Origin: Candidatus Latescibacterota bacterium
GTDB lineage: Bacteria > Latescibacterota > UBA2968
Reading direction: 5' to 3'
DNA: 64,000 nt
Assembly: GCA_965222605.1 (NCBI GenBank)
Contig: OZ244960.1
Span: 1,504,001-1,568,000, forward strand
A program made the position numbers and the translations under genes. Under the pieces are notes generated by a model. That model saw only the letters and a list, made by a program, of their open reading frames with translations, made no database searches and was not told the origin of the DNA. Positions 1 through 10,145 of the stretch are shown one piece after another. Position 1 is the first letter of the stretch. Each line of letters begins with the position of its first letter.

Positions 1-51
1 CATGGGTAGGATTTGTTGAAGTTCTAAAATACTTCAGAAACAGGGAAAAGA

Positions 52-333
52 CTATTGAGACACGAATTTGTTTAGCGGGATGGCTTCGTCGATCAACATA
101 ATGGGAATCGCGTCCTGAATGGGATATAAAAAGATGCGATCTTCGCGCACCAGGCCCCCATCAATCGGCAGTTCAACTTTTTGTCCGCCTCGGTTTTTAA
201 CCTCGCCTTTTGCAATCGCGCTGTTGATGGTGTCAATCAGCGGTTGATCGGCTAATTTCACGGGCGTTTTGTTCTCTGGGCAAGCCAAAATATCGAGTAA
301 ATCCCGGTCAATCACGTTCTTTCCTTTCATCAA
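52..333 (-). CDS. Trm112/UPF0434 family protein
   Basis: LLDILACPENKTPV...YPIQDAIPIMLIDEA, typical of the Trm112-like family. Confidence 0.85.
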   Translation of the reverse strand: MMKGKNVIDRDLLDILACPENKTPVKLADQPLIDTINSAIAKGEVKNRGGQKVELPIDGGLVREDRIFLYPIQDAIPIMLIDEAIPLNKFVSQ

Positions 334-532
334 TCAAAAATTCGTGATCTGAAAATAGGCAACACGCGGGTCTCAAACAAGCGGTTTTTTATTTATTCTC
401 ACCATTAATCAGGGAAATTTGTCTATCGCATCACCGCTAAAGCGCTGTTTTTTGCATCAGTAAAATCCCGTCGGCTACTTTGTCCGATATCCGAAGATGT
501 GCCTGCTTTAGCGCGCGATGTTAGAATGCCCC

Positions 533-576
533 CCCGGTTGGCGGCGCGTTCACACGCGCTCACGGCCGGGTTTTTT
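533..576 (+). terminator. GC-rich hairpin with U-tract upstream of the PorV-like gene
   Basis: cccggttggcggcgcgt-tcac-acgcgctcacggccggg followed by tttttt. Confidence 0.45.
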
Positions 577-622
577 ACTTGTTTTGCAGGCTTTCCGGCC
601 AATTCTATAAAGGAGAGTTTCA

Positions 623-1687
623 ATGAAATACCGTTTTCTCGCCCTGTTCGCACTTGGTATTGGCCTGCTCAGCACCCCAGCTTATGCAACGCCAGAAAGC
701 CATGCTGCAGCCACTTTTTTATTGTTCGCACCATCGGCTCGCGCAGCGGGCATGGGCAATGCTTATGTCGCTATTGCCGATGACGCCAATGCTACGTACT
801 ACAACCCCGCCGCACTGGCCTCGTTACAAATTCACAGTCTCAGCACTACCCTGTACAAACCCGTTCCCCGACTGGCCACCGACATCTTTTCGTCATTCGG
901 GGCTTACACACACCCGTTTAGTGGCATTGGCAATCTGGGATATAGCCTCATTTACAGTTCTTTAGGCGAACAACAGCGTACCGATGAGGAGGGAAATCTT
1001 TTAGGCACATTTAAGAGCTACGGCATGGCCCTGGGTGTATCTTATGGCACGCATCTCTTCAAAAATCTGGCCCTGGGCATCACAGCTAAGTTCATCCATG
1101 AAAACCTCTCCGACATAGGCGCGGGTATTGAGCAAGGCAAAGGTACAGCGACTTCTTTTGCCGGAGACATAGGTCTCATGTGGGCAGCTACAGATCGGCT
1201 TAGCTTCGGTAGCGTATTGCGCAATGTTGGCCCAAACATGACTTTTATCGATGCCGACCAGGCAGATCCATTGCCACAAAATTTCGTTTTCGGCATTGCA
1301 TACAAAGTGTTCAAAAACAACTCGTCTTCCCTGATGCTCACCGCAGATGTTTACAAACCCCTCGCCTCTGATAATTTCTTCTCCTTTATTTCGGGCTGGA
1401 ACGACGACACCTTTGGCTGGAAGCCCAACCCGGGCGGCAATGGTTTTACGGAATTTGACGATATGGATTACCGCGTCGGTGCCGAATGGATGTACCATCT
1501 TTCTGAAGATTCGGCTTTTGCCCTGCGCAGTGGCTATTCCTATGACAAGGATGGCAAACGCAACTTTCCCACCTTTGGGCTGGGCTTGAAATACAACTGG
1601 GCAAATTTCGATATTTCGTATTTTGTGCCGACGGAAGATACGCCTGCCAGTAATACATTCCGCTTCACGGGTGGATTTATATTTTAA
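623..1687 (+). CDS. PorV/PorQ family outer-membrane beta-barrel protein (T9SS-associated type)
   Basis: Signal peptide; FLLFAPSARAAGMGNAYVAIADDANATYYNPAAL motif; DPLPQNF; C-terminal aromatic residue; SD aaggag. Confidence 0.85.
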   Translation: MKYRFLALFALGIGLLSTPAYATPESHAAATFLLFAPSARAAGMGNAYVAIADDANATYYNPAALASLQIHSLSTTLYKPVPRLATDIFSSFGAYTHPFSGIGNLGYSLIYSSLGEQQRTDEEGNLLGTFKSYGMALGVSYGTHLFKNLALGITAKFIHENLSDIGAGIEQGKGTATSFAGDIGLMWAATDRLSFGSVLRNVGPNMTFIDADQADPLPQNFVFGIAYKVFKNNSSSLMLTADVYKPLASDNFFSFISGWNDDTFGWKPNPGGNGFTEFDDMDYRVGAEWMYHLSEDSAFALRSGYSYDKDGKRNFPTFGLGLKYNWANFDISYFVPTEDTPASNTFRFTGGFIF

Positions 1688-1743
1688 TTCTCCAGGTTCA
1701 GCAACTGGCCCTCTTGCGATGAAGAACTATCCGTTGAAATACA

Positions 1744-3096
1744 ATGCTAAATCTCTTGAGATATAATGCTAAACCTCGTCTCCTCGCGCTCGGGACCGTC
1801 AGTTTGCTGAGCTTCATGCTCTTGATTTCGTCTCTTTTTTCGCAAAATAGTAGCCCCCCTTCTCCGGACTTTAATGGCAATGGTGTTGTCGATTTCCCCG
1901 ACTTCTTGCTCTTTGTCACCGCGTTCGGATCTCAAGCCGGTCAAGAGCAGTACGATGCGAAATACGATCTGGATGGCAATGGCGAGATTGCATTTGACGA
2001 TTTTCTGCTATTTGTCGGTAGCTTTGGCAAAGCGGTATCAACACCAACGACACCACCACCCAGCGATCCACGCCTGGCGCGGATTGAACTACCTGAAGGG
2101 TTCCACATTCGCGTGTACGCCGAAGGGGTAACTGGCGCTCGCTCGATGAGCCTCAGCCCAGACGGCACCCTATTTGTCGGCACCCGTCCCAGCGGCCGCG
2201 TGTACGCACTGCGCGACGAAGACGGCGACCACAAGGCAGAACGGGTCATCATCCTCGCCCGCGGCCTGAATAACCCCAATGGCGTCGCCTTCAAGAACGG
2301 CGACCTGTACGTAGCCGAAATCAGCCGCATCCTGCGCTATCGCAACATCGAAGCACAACTCGACAACCCGCCGCAGCCGGAGATCGTCAACAACGCTTTC
2401 CCCACAGATCGCCATCACGGCTGGAAATTCATCCGCTTTGGTCCCGACGGTTTGCTATACGTGCCGATCGGCGCGCCGTGCAACATCTGCGCTCGCGGCG
2501 ATCCGTACGCGTCGATAGGAAGATTGGACGCCAATGATACCTTCAGTATCATAGCGCGAGGCATTCGCAACACCGTCGGCTTCGATTGGCACCCAAAAAC
2601 GGGCCAATTGTGGTTCACGGACAATGGAAGAGACAGGATGGGCGACGATGTGCCCCCGGACGAACTGAACAGAGTAACCGCCGATGGACAGCACTTCGGC
2701 TATCCCTACTGCCATGGCACCAACATCGCCGATCCTGTATTCGGCAATCAGCGCAGTTGCAACGAGTTTATCGCGCCAGTCCAGAATCTCGGTCCGCATG
2801 TAGCGGCTCTGGGAATGCGCTTCTATACCGGCGACATGTTTCCCGAGAAATACCGCAATCAGATCTTCATCGCCGAACACGGATCCTGGAATCGCAGCAG
2901 CAAGATCGGCTACCGTGTCACTCTGGTGCGTCTAAATGACAACAAAGCGATCAGCTACGAGCCGTTCGCAAAAGGCTGGCTACAGGGAGAATCGAACTGG
3001 GGCAGGCCAGTCGATGTGCTCGTCATGCCCGATGGTTCCCTGCTGGTATCGGACGACCAGGCCGGCCTGATCTACCGCATCAGCTATTCTCACTGA
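1744..3096 (+). CDS. PQQ-dependent sugar/sorbosone dehydrogenase with N-terminal EF-hand/dockerin-like repeat
   Basis: HHGWKFIRFGPDGLLY, GAPCNIC, RGIRNTVGFDW, DNGRD, HGSWNR, GRPVDV; N-terminal DFNGNGVVDFPDF and DLDGNGEIAFDDF. Confidence 0.85.
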   Translation: MLNLLRYNAKPRLLALGTVSLLSFMLLISSLFSQNSSPPSPDFNGNGVVDFPDFLLFVTAFGSQAGQEQYDAKYDLDGNGEIAFDDFLLFVGSFGKAVSTPTTPPPSDPRLARIELPEGFHIRVYAEGVTGARSMSLSPDGTLFVGTRPSGRVYALRDEDGDHKAERVIILARGLNNPNGVAFKNGDLYVAEISRILRYRNIEAQLDNPPQPEIVNNAFPTDRHHGWKFIRFGPDGLLYVPIGAPCNICARGDPYASIGRLDANDTFSIIARGIRNTVGFDWHPKTGQLWFTDNGRDRMGDDVPPDELNRVTADGQHFGYPYCHGTNIADPVFGNQRSCNEFIAPVQNLGPHVAALGMRFYTGDMFPEKYRNQIFIAEHGSWNRSSKIGYRVTLVRLNDNKAISYEPFAKGWLQGESNWGRPVDVLVMPDGSLLVSDDQAGLIYRISYSH

Positions 3097-3105
3097 TCTC
3101 GCATT

Positions 3106-6100
3106 ATGAAACCGAACATACGCTTGACTATGACCCTTCTACACAGATGCGAGATACCCGAACAATTCAAAGCGCATACAGGAGTCTTTTGCTCAATCCT
3201 CCTGTGTCTTGTAGCCCTTTTTGTACAGCCCATTATGGCTGCCGACACCTATCGCGTCTTAGCCGTGCGCGTCTCTTTTCCTCCCGAAGACCCCGACAAC
3301 GAAACCACCAGTGGGAACGGCACATTCAATCTCAGTACAATCGAAAGTTCTGATCGCATCTATCCCTTTGACGCGCCCCCCCACGACCGCACCTATTTTG
3401 AAGCCCACCTGCAGGCACTTTCCAATTATTACCGCGACATATCCCGCGGTCAACTGACCATCGAATACGATGTCTATCCACAAGATCTCACCGCGAGTTA
3501 CGTCCTCAACACCCCCTTGATCGAATACGGCAATGGACGCACGAGGCGCGAAATAAATGAGCGCGTCACGCGGCTCTTTCGAGATGGCATTCGCGCCGCA
3601 GATGGCATTGATGGCGCAACCATAGACTTCTCAAAATACCGTGCTTTTGCAGTATTTCACGCGGGTCTCGGCGGAGAAGCAGGGCAAAAACTCAACGACA
3701 TACCCTCGGCCTTTATTTTTCAACGCGACCTCATCGAACTCGCCGACGGCGCGATTTCCGTCAACAACGGTAATTTTCAGGTCACATCGGGCATGCTATT
3801 GCCCGAAGCTATCAGCACAAATGGCCGGGGCGGTCTCAATGGTACGCTCGCCCGATTTTTTGCCTCGCAACTCGGCTTGCCCGGTCTTTCGGACTTTGAA
3901 AACGATCTGCCCGCAATTGGCGACTGGAGTTTGATGGATACGGGCGCCAACAATCAAATTGATGCCGCGCGCCTGGATCTTCAACCTCTCAGAAATGATC
4001 CCGAATCCACCAGCACAAATTTGATCGGATTTTTGCCCAGTCGCATGATCGCCTGGTCGCGCATGCAACTCGGCTGGATCGAACCACTTTTGATCACCCA
4101 CAACGACACCGTAGAAATCGCCAGTAGCGCGTCCGATCTTCCGCAGGCTATTCGCGTGCCCATCAGCACCACCGAATATTTTTTGATCGAAAACCGCTTC
4201 TCGCGCCTCAATATTGAAAATCGCATTCCGCAAATCGAATTTTCCACCCCTCATAATGTCTGGCTTTCCGCAGACGATTACGATGCGTTCATACCCGGCT
4301 CGGGCATTCTCATCTACCACATTGACGACGCCGTCATTCGGGCCAGCGACGAAAAAAAACACATCAACAGCCATCCCGATTACAAAATTGCACCTGCCCA
4401 ATATCGCCGCGGCATTGCCCTCGAAGAAGCCGATGGCCTGCAAGACATCGGCAATGTATCGGCCAGCCGCATCATTCAAGCTGGTATCATCTCATTAAGC
4501 AGTATTGAAGGCTCGCCAGAAGACGCCTTTTACGTGGGCAACAACACCGTATTTGGACCCGATACCTCGCCAAATACTCGCAGTAATTTGGGCTATGAAA
4601 GCGGCATAACCATCGAAGTGCTCAGTCCTCCCGGCGAAGTGATGGCAGTTGCAATCCGTTTTGCCAATCGGATAGATAACTGGCCGATTACAGACTTAAA
4701 TCCCACGCGAATAGCACCTCGCGTCATCGACCTCGATGGAGATGGAATCAAAGAAATACTACATAGTTCTGGCGCGTGGAAAATCGCGGGCACACCGCAC
4801 GGCACGGACGAGGTGTTTGCCACAACCCCTGCAATTGGCGACCTGGAAACAGGGGACGGATTCATCTACCATCGCGGAGAAACAACCCGCACGCACTGGC
4901 GTCCCGGTGGTACAATCCACGAAACCGTCGATATCACCCCCCCCATATTTCTCTCTTCAACACCCGTCATTGCAAAATTCCCCACAACGTATGTCGATAT
5001 CTGGGGATGGCGTGATGGGAAAATCGAATGGGGTAATTTTCTATCTGAAATCGCGGGCAGTATCACCCTGAACGACGGCATCCAATCACTCGCCGTGGGC
5101 AATATCGACAGCGATTCGGACAATGAACTCATCGCCATTACCAGCAGCGCTCAGATCCACCTCATTCACGGCACCGGCCAATCTACGCCACTCGCCACAT
5201 TCGCATCTCCCATCATCGGCGGCCCGGCAATAGGCGACCTCGACCGCGATGGCGATGATGACATTGCAGTCGTCACAACAGACGGTAGGCTCTCCATCCT
5301 CGACGCCAACGGCCTCGCCTTTGCGAGCGATCCCGTGCCCGGCGGCGCGCATTCATCCCCTGTTGTCGCCGACCTCGACCAGGACGGATTTGTCGAAGTC
5401 CTCTTTGGCGGCAACGGCAAACTCTATCTCTATCGCTTCAACGCCATCTTACAAACCGAAGGCGCAATCGCCTTCCCCATAAAAGACGATGCTGGCCCCA
5501 TCGAAGCACCGCCCATTCTCGCCGATATCAATAACGACGCATCTCCCGATATTTTCATAGGTACACGCGGTGGCCTCCTCTACTGCCTGACCGCCGAAGG
5601 ACATCCCCTACCGGGCTTTCCCCTGCTACTGCCCGGCCCCATTTTCTCATCACCGCTTATCGACGACCTTGACAACGACGGCACCCTGGAACTCATTATC
5701 TATACCGCCGACGGCAGCGCGCAACTCTTCCACATGGAAACAATTGACCCCTCTTATACCGGCAACAAAATTATCTGGGGGCAACGCGGTGGCGGACCGG
5801 GCAACGCGGGCAAATTGCTCCAACAGCCCGACGAAATCGCAATCCCAACAGAAACCTCGCTTTTACCCGCGGAGCGAGCATACCTTTACCCCAACCCGGT
5901 CCGCAATGGCGACAGAGCGCGCATTCGGTTTTTTTTATTAGAACCCGCCGAAATCAGTATGACCATTTACAATCCCCTCGGTGAAAGAGTCGCAGACCTC
6001 ACACACAACAATCCCATGCCCAACACCGACAACGAAATCGCGTGGGATGTAACCGATTATGCCAGCGGCCTCTATATTTGTCGCCTGCAAGCCAGCAACA

Positions 6101-6147
6101 GCACGCGCACAGAGGTGCAATTTATCAAAGCCGCGGTAATTAAGTAA
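3106..6147 (+). CDS. Secreted M6 (immune inhibitor A)-like domain with degenerate zinc motif, FG-GAP/VCBS repeats and T9SS type-A-like CTD
   Basis: VLAVRVSF, FHAG, WSLMDTG, EYFLIENR, GILIYHID; DLDxDG repeats; C-terminal YPNP...IYNPLGERV...WD...ASGLYICRL...K. Confidence 0.75.
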   Translation: MKPNIRLTMTLLHRCEIPEQFKAHTGVFCSILLCLVALFVQPIMAADTYRVLAVRVSFPPEDPDNETTSGNGTFNLSTIESSDRIYPFDAPPHDRTYFEAHLQALSNYYRDISRGQLTIEYDVYPQDLTASYVLNTPLIEYGNGRTRREINERVTRLFRDGIRAADGIDGATIDFSKYRAFAVFHAGLGGEAGQKLNDIPSAFIFQRDLIELADGAISVNNGNFQVTSGMLLPEAISTNGRGGLNGTLARFFASQLGLPGLSDFENDLPAIGDWSLMDTGANNQIDAARLDLQPLRNDPESTSTNLIGFLPSRMIAWSRMQLGWIEPLLITHNDTVEIASSASDLPQAIRVPISTTEYFLIENRFSRLNIENRIPQIEFSTPHNVWLSADDYDAFIPGSGILIYHIDDAVIRASDEKKHINSHPDYKIAPAQYRRGIALEEADGLQDIGNVSASRIIQAGIISLSSIEGSPEDAFYVGNNTVFGPDTSPNTRSNLGYESGITIEVLSPPGEVMAVAIRFANRIDNWPITDLNPTRIAPRVIDLDGDGIKEILHSSGAWKIAGTPHGTDEVFATTPAIGDLETGDGFIYHRGETTRTHWRPGGTIHETVDITPPIFLSSTPVIAKFPTTYVDIWGWRDGKIEWGNFLSEIAGSITLNDGIQSLAVGNIDSDSDNELIAITSSAQIHLIHGTGQSTPLATFASPIIGGPAIGDLDRDGDDDIAVVTTDGRLSILDANGLAFASDPVPGGAHSSPVVADLDQDGFVEVLFGGNGKLYLYRFNAILQTEGAIAFPIKDDAGPIEAPPILADINNDASPDIFIGTRGGLLYCLTAEGHPLPGFPLLLPGPIFSSPLIDDLDNDGTLELIIYTADGSAQLFHMETIDPSYTGNKIIWGQRGGGPGNAGKLLQQPDEIAIPTETSLLPAERAYLYPNPVRNGDRARIRFFLLEPAEISMTIYNPLGERVADLTHNNPMPNTDNEIAWDVTDYASGLYICRLQASNSTRTEVQFIKAAVIK

Positions 6148-6158
6148 CCACCAACACT

Positions 6159-9100
6159 ATGTCTCACAAATTCACACAAATAATTCTCATCCTCCTGATC
6201 CTGAGTACACAGGCTCTCGCGCAATTTGACGCCAATCATCCCGAACTGAACTGGCGCGTCATTGAAACCGAACACTTCAAAGTCTATTACCATCAGGGGC
6301 TGGAAAAATTGGCTCCGCGTGCTGCACAGGTCGCAGAAGATGCTTACGGCCCAGTCGCGTCCTTTTACAATTTTGAACCCAATAGCAAAGTCCGCATCAT
6401 CCTCAAAGACACCGAAGACTATGCCAATGGCGCGGCGTATTATTACCACAACACCATCGAAATCTGGGTCTCCAACCTCGACTTTGCACTGCGCGGCAGT
6501 ACAGATTGGCTCCCAAACGTGATAACGCACGAATTGACGCACATCATCTCGCTCCAAATCGCCCGCAAATCCTCGCGGCGCATCCCCGCCATCTTCGTCA
6601 ACTACCTGCAATATCAGGGCGAAGGCAAACGCGACGACATCCTCGCTGGTTATCCCAATGTCCTGGCCGCTTACGCCATTCCCGCCACCATCATTCCACC
6701 CTGGTTTGCCGAAGGCACGGCGCAATACATGGCACCGGGCGCACAACGCGACCGCTGGGACTCGCACCGCGATATGGTCTTGCGCCAGGCCACGCGCAAT
6801 GGAAGCCTGCTCACCCGCAATGAAATGTCCGTCTTTGGCGCCAAAACAGGTCTCGGATTTGAAAAAGTGTACGACCACGGCTATTCGCTTACCCTATTTA
6901 TTGTCGATACCTTTGGGCGCGACAAACTCCCCGAATTATATCGGCAAATGAAAGTCTGGTGGCGCACGGATTTTGGCGGCGCAATCCGCGCAACCCTGGG
7001 CATCTCTGCAAGCGAATTGCACACGCGCTGGGTCGCATCGCTCAAAAAACGCTATGCGGATCAAATCGCACAGATCGAAACAAACCCCGCACAGGGCGAC
7101 CTCATCCGCGAAGACGGCTACCTCAACCTGCACCCCCGCTGGTCGCCCGACGGCACAAAACTCGCCTACCTCTCCAATAAAGGGCGCGATTATGGGCGCA
7201 CGAGTTTGATGGTCTATACCCTCGCCGACAGCAGCGTGGAACTCGCCGCCCCCAGCGCAGTCACGGCCTTTGACTGGTCAACCGATAGCGAACAATTCCT
7301 CTACGCGCGCCACAGCCAGCCCAACAAATATGGCGGGCGGCAATGGGACCTCTACACCATAGATCCCAAAGCCGCAAAATCGAGCCTGTTTCAAAATGTC
7401 AAAACCGCCATTGGCCTCGCGCGTGCCACCTTCCCGGGTGAAACGAGCCTCAGCACTGGCTCGCGCGGCATTCACCCGGCCTATTCGCCAGACGGAACAG
7501 AAATTGCGTTTATCAAAAACGGCGGGGGCAGCACCAACCTCTGCATCCTCGACATCGCGGCAGACACCATTCGCTACCTCACATCCTTCGACGACGGCTC
7601 ACAGGTCGCCACTCCGCGCTGGTCGCCCGATGGATCGCAAATCGCATTCTCGCTCTACCGAAGCGGCACCTCGCGGGACATCGCCACCATTCCCGCAACA
7701 GGTGGCGACTACACAGTGCGCGTCGCCTCCCGAGAAACCGACCGCGACCCATGCTGGACACCCGATGGCTCATCCCTCGTATTTGCCTCTGACCACGACG
7801 GTATCTTCAACCTCTATCGCGCCAATCTATCTAACGGCGCAATAGACCGCCTCACTCGCGTGTACGGCGGCGCATTTCAACCCCATGTGCATCCAGATAG
7901 CAACCGCATCGCCTATGCCCACTACGGCAAAAAAGCCTACGAAATTCGCGTTATCTCTCAGCCATTAAATGAACCCGTGGAAGCCAATATCTTTCGGATT
8001 GAACCCTTTGCGCCCGTAACGCCCAAACCCGCAATAGCGAGCCGTCCATACAAAAATGAATTTGCAACCACCACCATACTTCCGCGTCTGGCAATCGACA
8101 GCGGCAAACTCAAACTCGGTGCCATAGCGGGATCCGACGACGTCTTGCGAAAACAAACCTTTTTTATCAGTGGACTGCTTGCCCACGATCTGGACATGGA
8201 TTTATACGCGCTTTACGAATACCGCAAAAAACGCCCCACCTTTTTCTTGGAAGCCTACCGTTTATCGCGCCACGTTGAAGAAGATGTAATCAGCCGCGAC
8301 GAAGACTTTCGCATCTACAACCGCACCTTCGCACTGACGGGCATTGAAATAGGTGGCAAATACACCCTGAGACGCGGCGGTATTATCGACGCTCGCCTCG
8401 TGTACAATCGCACGGGCGCGGTTCTGGATCAGGCGCGATTCAACGGCCTCAACCGCGATATAGTGGGCGCCACTACCCTCAACGGATTTGACCTCGCCCT
8501 CACCTATCGCCTCAATGCCATAGGCCGCTCGCGCGACTCGGAAATCAATCCCCGATCCGGACGCCGTCTCGCGCTGCGTTACGACCGTTATTTCAACTGG
8601 TTCATCAGCGGCTTTGAGGAAAATATCTCGCTGATTGTCGAAACCTATGATCGCTATTTCTACAACCAACTCTCCCTCGATTGGAACGAATTTATCCCGG
8701 TTGCCCCCGGGCGTAGTGCGCTGAGCTTCCGCTTTTTTGGCGGCGTAATCGACAGCGAAGTTGACGACGCCTTTGACTTCTTCCTCGGCGGCTTGCCCGG
8801 CATGAAAGGATATACCTTTTACAGCATGGAAGGTCGTCGCGCCCTGATGTTGCGGTCGGCGTATCGCTTTCCCATCTGGTCGCACATCGATCGACAAACC
8901 GGCCCGATCTACTCCGACCAACTCTACGGCGCATTCTTTGCCGGGATCGCACGCGCCTGGGATGGCACACCCGATGATGCAATACTCAAACGCGGCTGGA
9001 AACGCGAACTGGGCGCGCAATTGCGCTACGACGCCACCTCGTTTTATCTTTTTCCCACACGCGCCAGCCTCGACATAGCCTACGGTTTCGACCATGTGCC

Positions 9101-9200
9101 TTTGCAACGGGCTGGCGATCCACTTGAACGAAGTGGCTTAAAAGTTTATTTTACATTGTTATTTGGATTCGTTACGGATGTTGGGAAGGGCCACTTTTAG
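6159..9200 (+). CDS. Peptidase MA-like domain + TolB-like PD40 propeller + Omp85/BamA-like barrel protein
   Basis: Signal peptide; VITHELTHII and WFAEGTAQY; WSPDG repeats; LGGLPGMKGY barrel-loop motif; C-terminal F. Confidence 0.75.
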   Translation: MSHKFTQIILILLILSTQALAQFDANHPELNWRVIETEHFKVYYHQGLEKLAPRAAQVAEDAYGPVASFYNFEPNSKVRIILKDTEDYANGAAYYYHNTIEIWVSNLDFALRGSTDWLPNVITHELTHIISLQIARKSSRRIPAIFVNYLQYQGEGKRDDILAGYPNVLAAYAIPATIIPPWFAEGTAQYMAPGAQRDRWDSHRDMVLRQATRNGSLLTRNEMSVFGAKTGLGFEKVYDHGYSLTLFIVDTFGRDKLPELYRQMKVWWRTDFGGAIRATLGISASELHTRWVASLKKRYADQIAQIETNPAQGDLIREDGYLNLHPRWSPDGTKLAYLSNKGRDYGRTSLMVYTLADSSVELAAPSAVTAFDWSTDSEQFLYARHSQPNKYGGRQWDLYTIDPKAAKSSLFQNVKTAIGLARATFPGETSLSTGSRGIHPAYSPDGTEIAFIKNGGGSTNLCILDIAADTIRYLTSFDDGSQVATPRWSPDGSQIAFSLYRSGTSRDIATIPATGGDYTVRVASRETDRDPCWTPDGSSLVFASDHDGIFNLYRANLSNGAIDRLTRVYGGAFQPHVHPDSNRIAYAHYGKKAYEIRVISQPLNEPVEANIFRIEPFAPVTPKPAIASRPYKNEFATTTILPRLAIDSGKLKLGAIAGSDDVLRKQTFFISGLLAHDLDMDLYALYEYRKKRPTFFLEAYRLSRHVEEDVISRDEDFRIYNRTFALTGIEIGGKYTLRRGGIIDARLVYNRTGAVLDQARFNGLNRDIVGATTLNGFDLALTYRLNAIGRSRDSEINPRSGRRLALRYDRYFNWFISGFEENISLIVETYDRYFYNQLSLDWNEFIPVAPGRSALSFRFFGGVIDSEVDDAFDFFLGGLPGMKGYTFYSMEGRRALMLRSAYRFPIWSHIDRQTGPIYSDQLYGAFFAGIARAWDGTPDDAILKRGWKRELGAQLRYDATSFYLFPTRASLDIAYGFDHVPLQRAGDPLERSGLKVYFTLLFGFVTDVGKGHF

Positions 9201-9204
9201 CTAA

Positions 9205-10130
9205 GAAGCTGTTTTAAAACTATTGTGAGTGAAGAAAAGGGTTGAAAAAGCGTATTCATCTGTCCAAATTTAGGTTAGCAAATCACCCTAAAAAGAAAGG
9301 ACAAAGATGAATACGCAAAGGCAATATCCGACAAATGTCACCCAAGCGCAATGGCAACTGCTGATCCCCTTGCTGCCCAAACGCAAATGGCGAAAAGGAG
9401 GTCCCGGACGCCCTCCTGCCAATTTGCGCCAAGTGTTCAATGGCATCCTGTATCTGACGAAGACCGGCAGCCAATGGCGCATGCTACCCCATACCTTCGG
9501 CTGCTGGCAGACCGTGTATGGCTATTTCAATAAATGGCGCAAGCAAGGCATCTTTGAGCAGGTGCAACAGGCACTCACGCGGCGAGAAAGAAAACGGCAG
9601 GGACGTAAGCCTACCGCATCAGCAGGCTGCATTGACAGCCAAAGTGTCAAGACAGCAACACAAGGAAAATCAAAAGGTTATGATGCTGGCAAAAAGGTCA
9701 ATGGACGCAAACGCCATCTTCTCGTTGATACCCTCGGACTCGTCATCAGCACCTATGTCTCGCCTGCTGATCTCCAAGACCGTGATGGCTTAAAGAAGGT
9801 GCTCAATCAGTATTTTGACACGGGAGAGACACGCTTACGCAAGCTATGGGTTGATGGCGGCTATCGAGGTGAAGACCTCAAGAAATGGGTCGCTGCTAAG
9901 AAGCAGACGCATAAGATTGATCTTGAGGTTGTCACCCCAAAAGGCAAAGGCTTTCAACTCGTCAAACGCCGGTGGGTCGTCGAGCGCACCTTTGCTTGGT
10001 TATTTAATTTTCGCCGACTATCAAAGGATTATGAAGACTTGACCGACAGTAGTGAAGCCTTTATTTACATCGTTATGATTTACCTCTTAATCAACAGACT
10101 CGCTTAAGCGAGGGGTTTTAAAACAGCTTC
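9205..10130 (+). mobile_element. IS5-family insertion sequence (IS1031-like subgroup), 926 bp
   Basis: Perfect 16-bp terminal IRs gaagctgttttaaaac (9205-9220) and gttttaaaacagcttc (10115-10130); TAA target duplication at 9202-9204 and 10131-10133. Confidence 0.95.
9307..10107 (+). CDS. IS5 family transposase
   Basis: YPTNVTQAQW, KTGSQWRMLP, CIDSQSVK, GRKRHLLVDTLG, WVDGGY, RRWVVERTFAWL (DDE triad). Confidence 0.95.
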   Translation: MNTQRQYPTNVTQAQWQLLIPLLPKRKWRKGGPGRPPANLRQVFNGILYLTKTGSQWRMLPHTFGCWQTVYGYFNKWRKQGIFEQVQQALTRRERKRQGRKPTASAGCIDSQSVKTATQGKSKGYDAGKKVNGRKRHLLVDTLGLVISTYVSPADLQDRDGLKKVLNQYFDTGETRLRKLWVDGGYRGEDLKKWVAAKKQTHKIDLEVVTPKGKGFQLVKRRWVVERTFAWLFNFRRLSKDYEDLTDSSEAFIYIVMIYLLINRLA

Positions 10131-10145
10131 TAAAGGAATTTCCCC

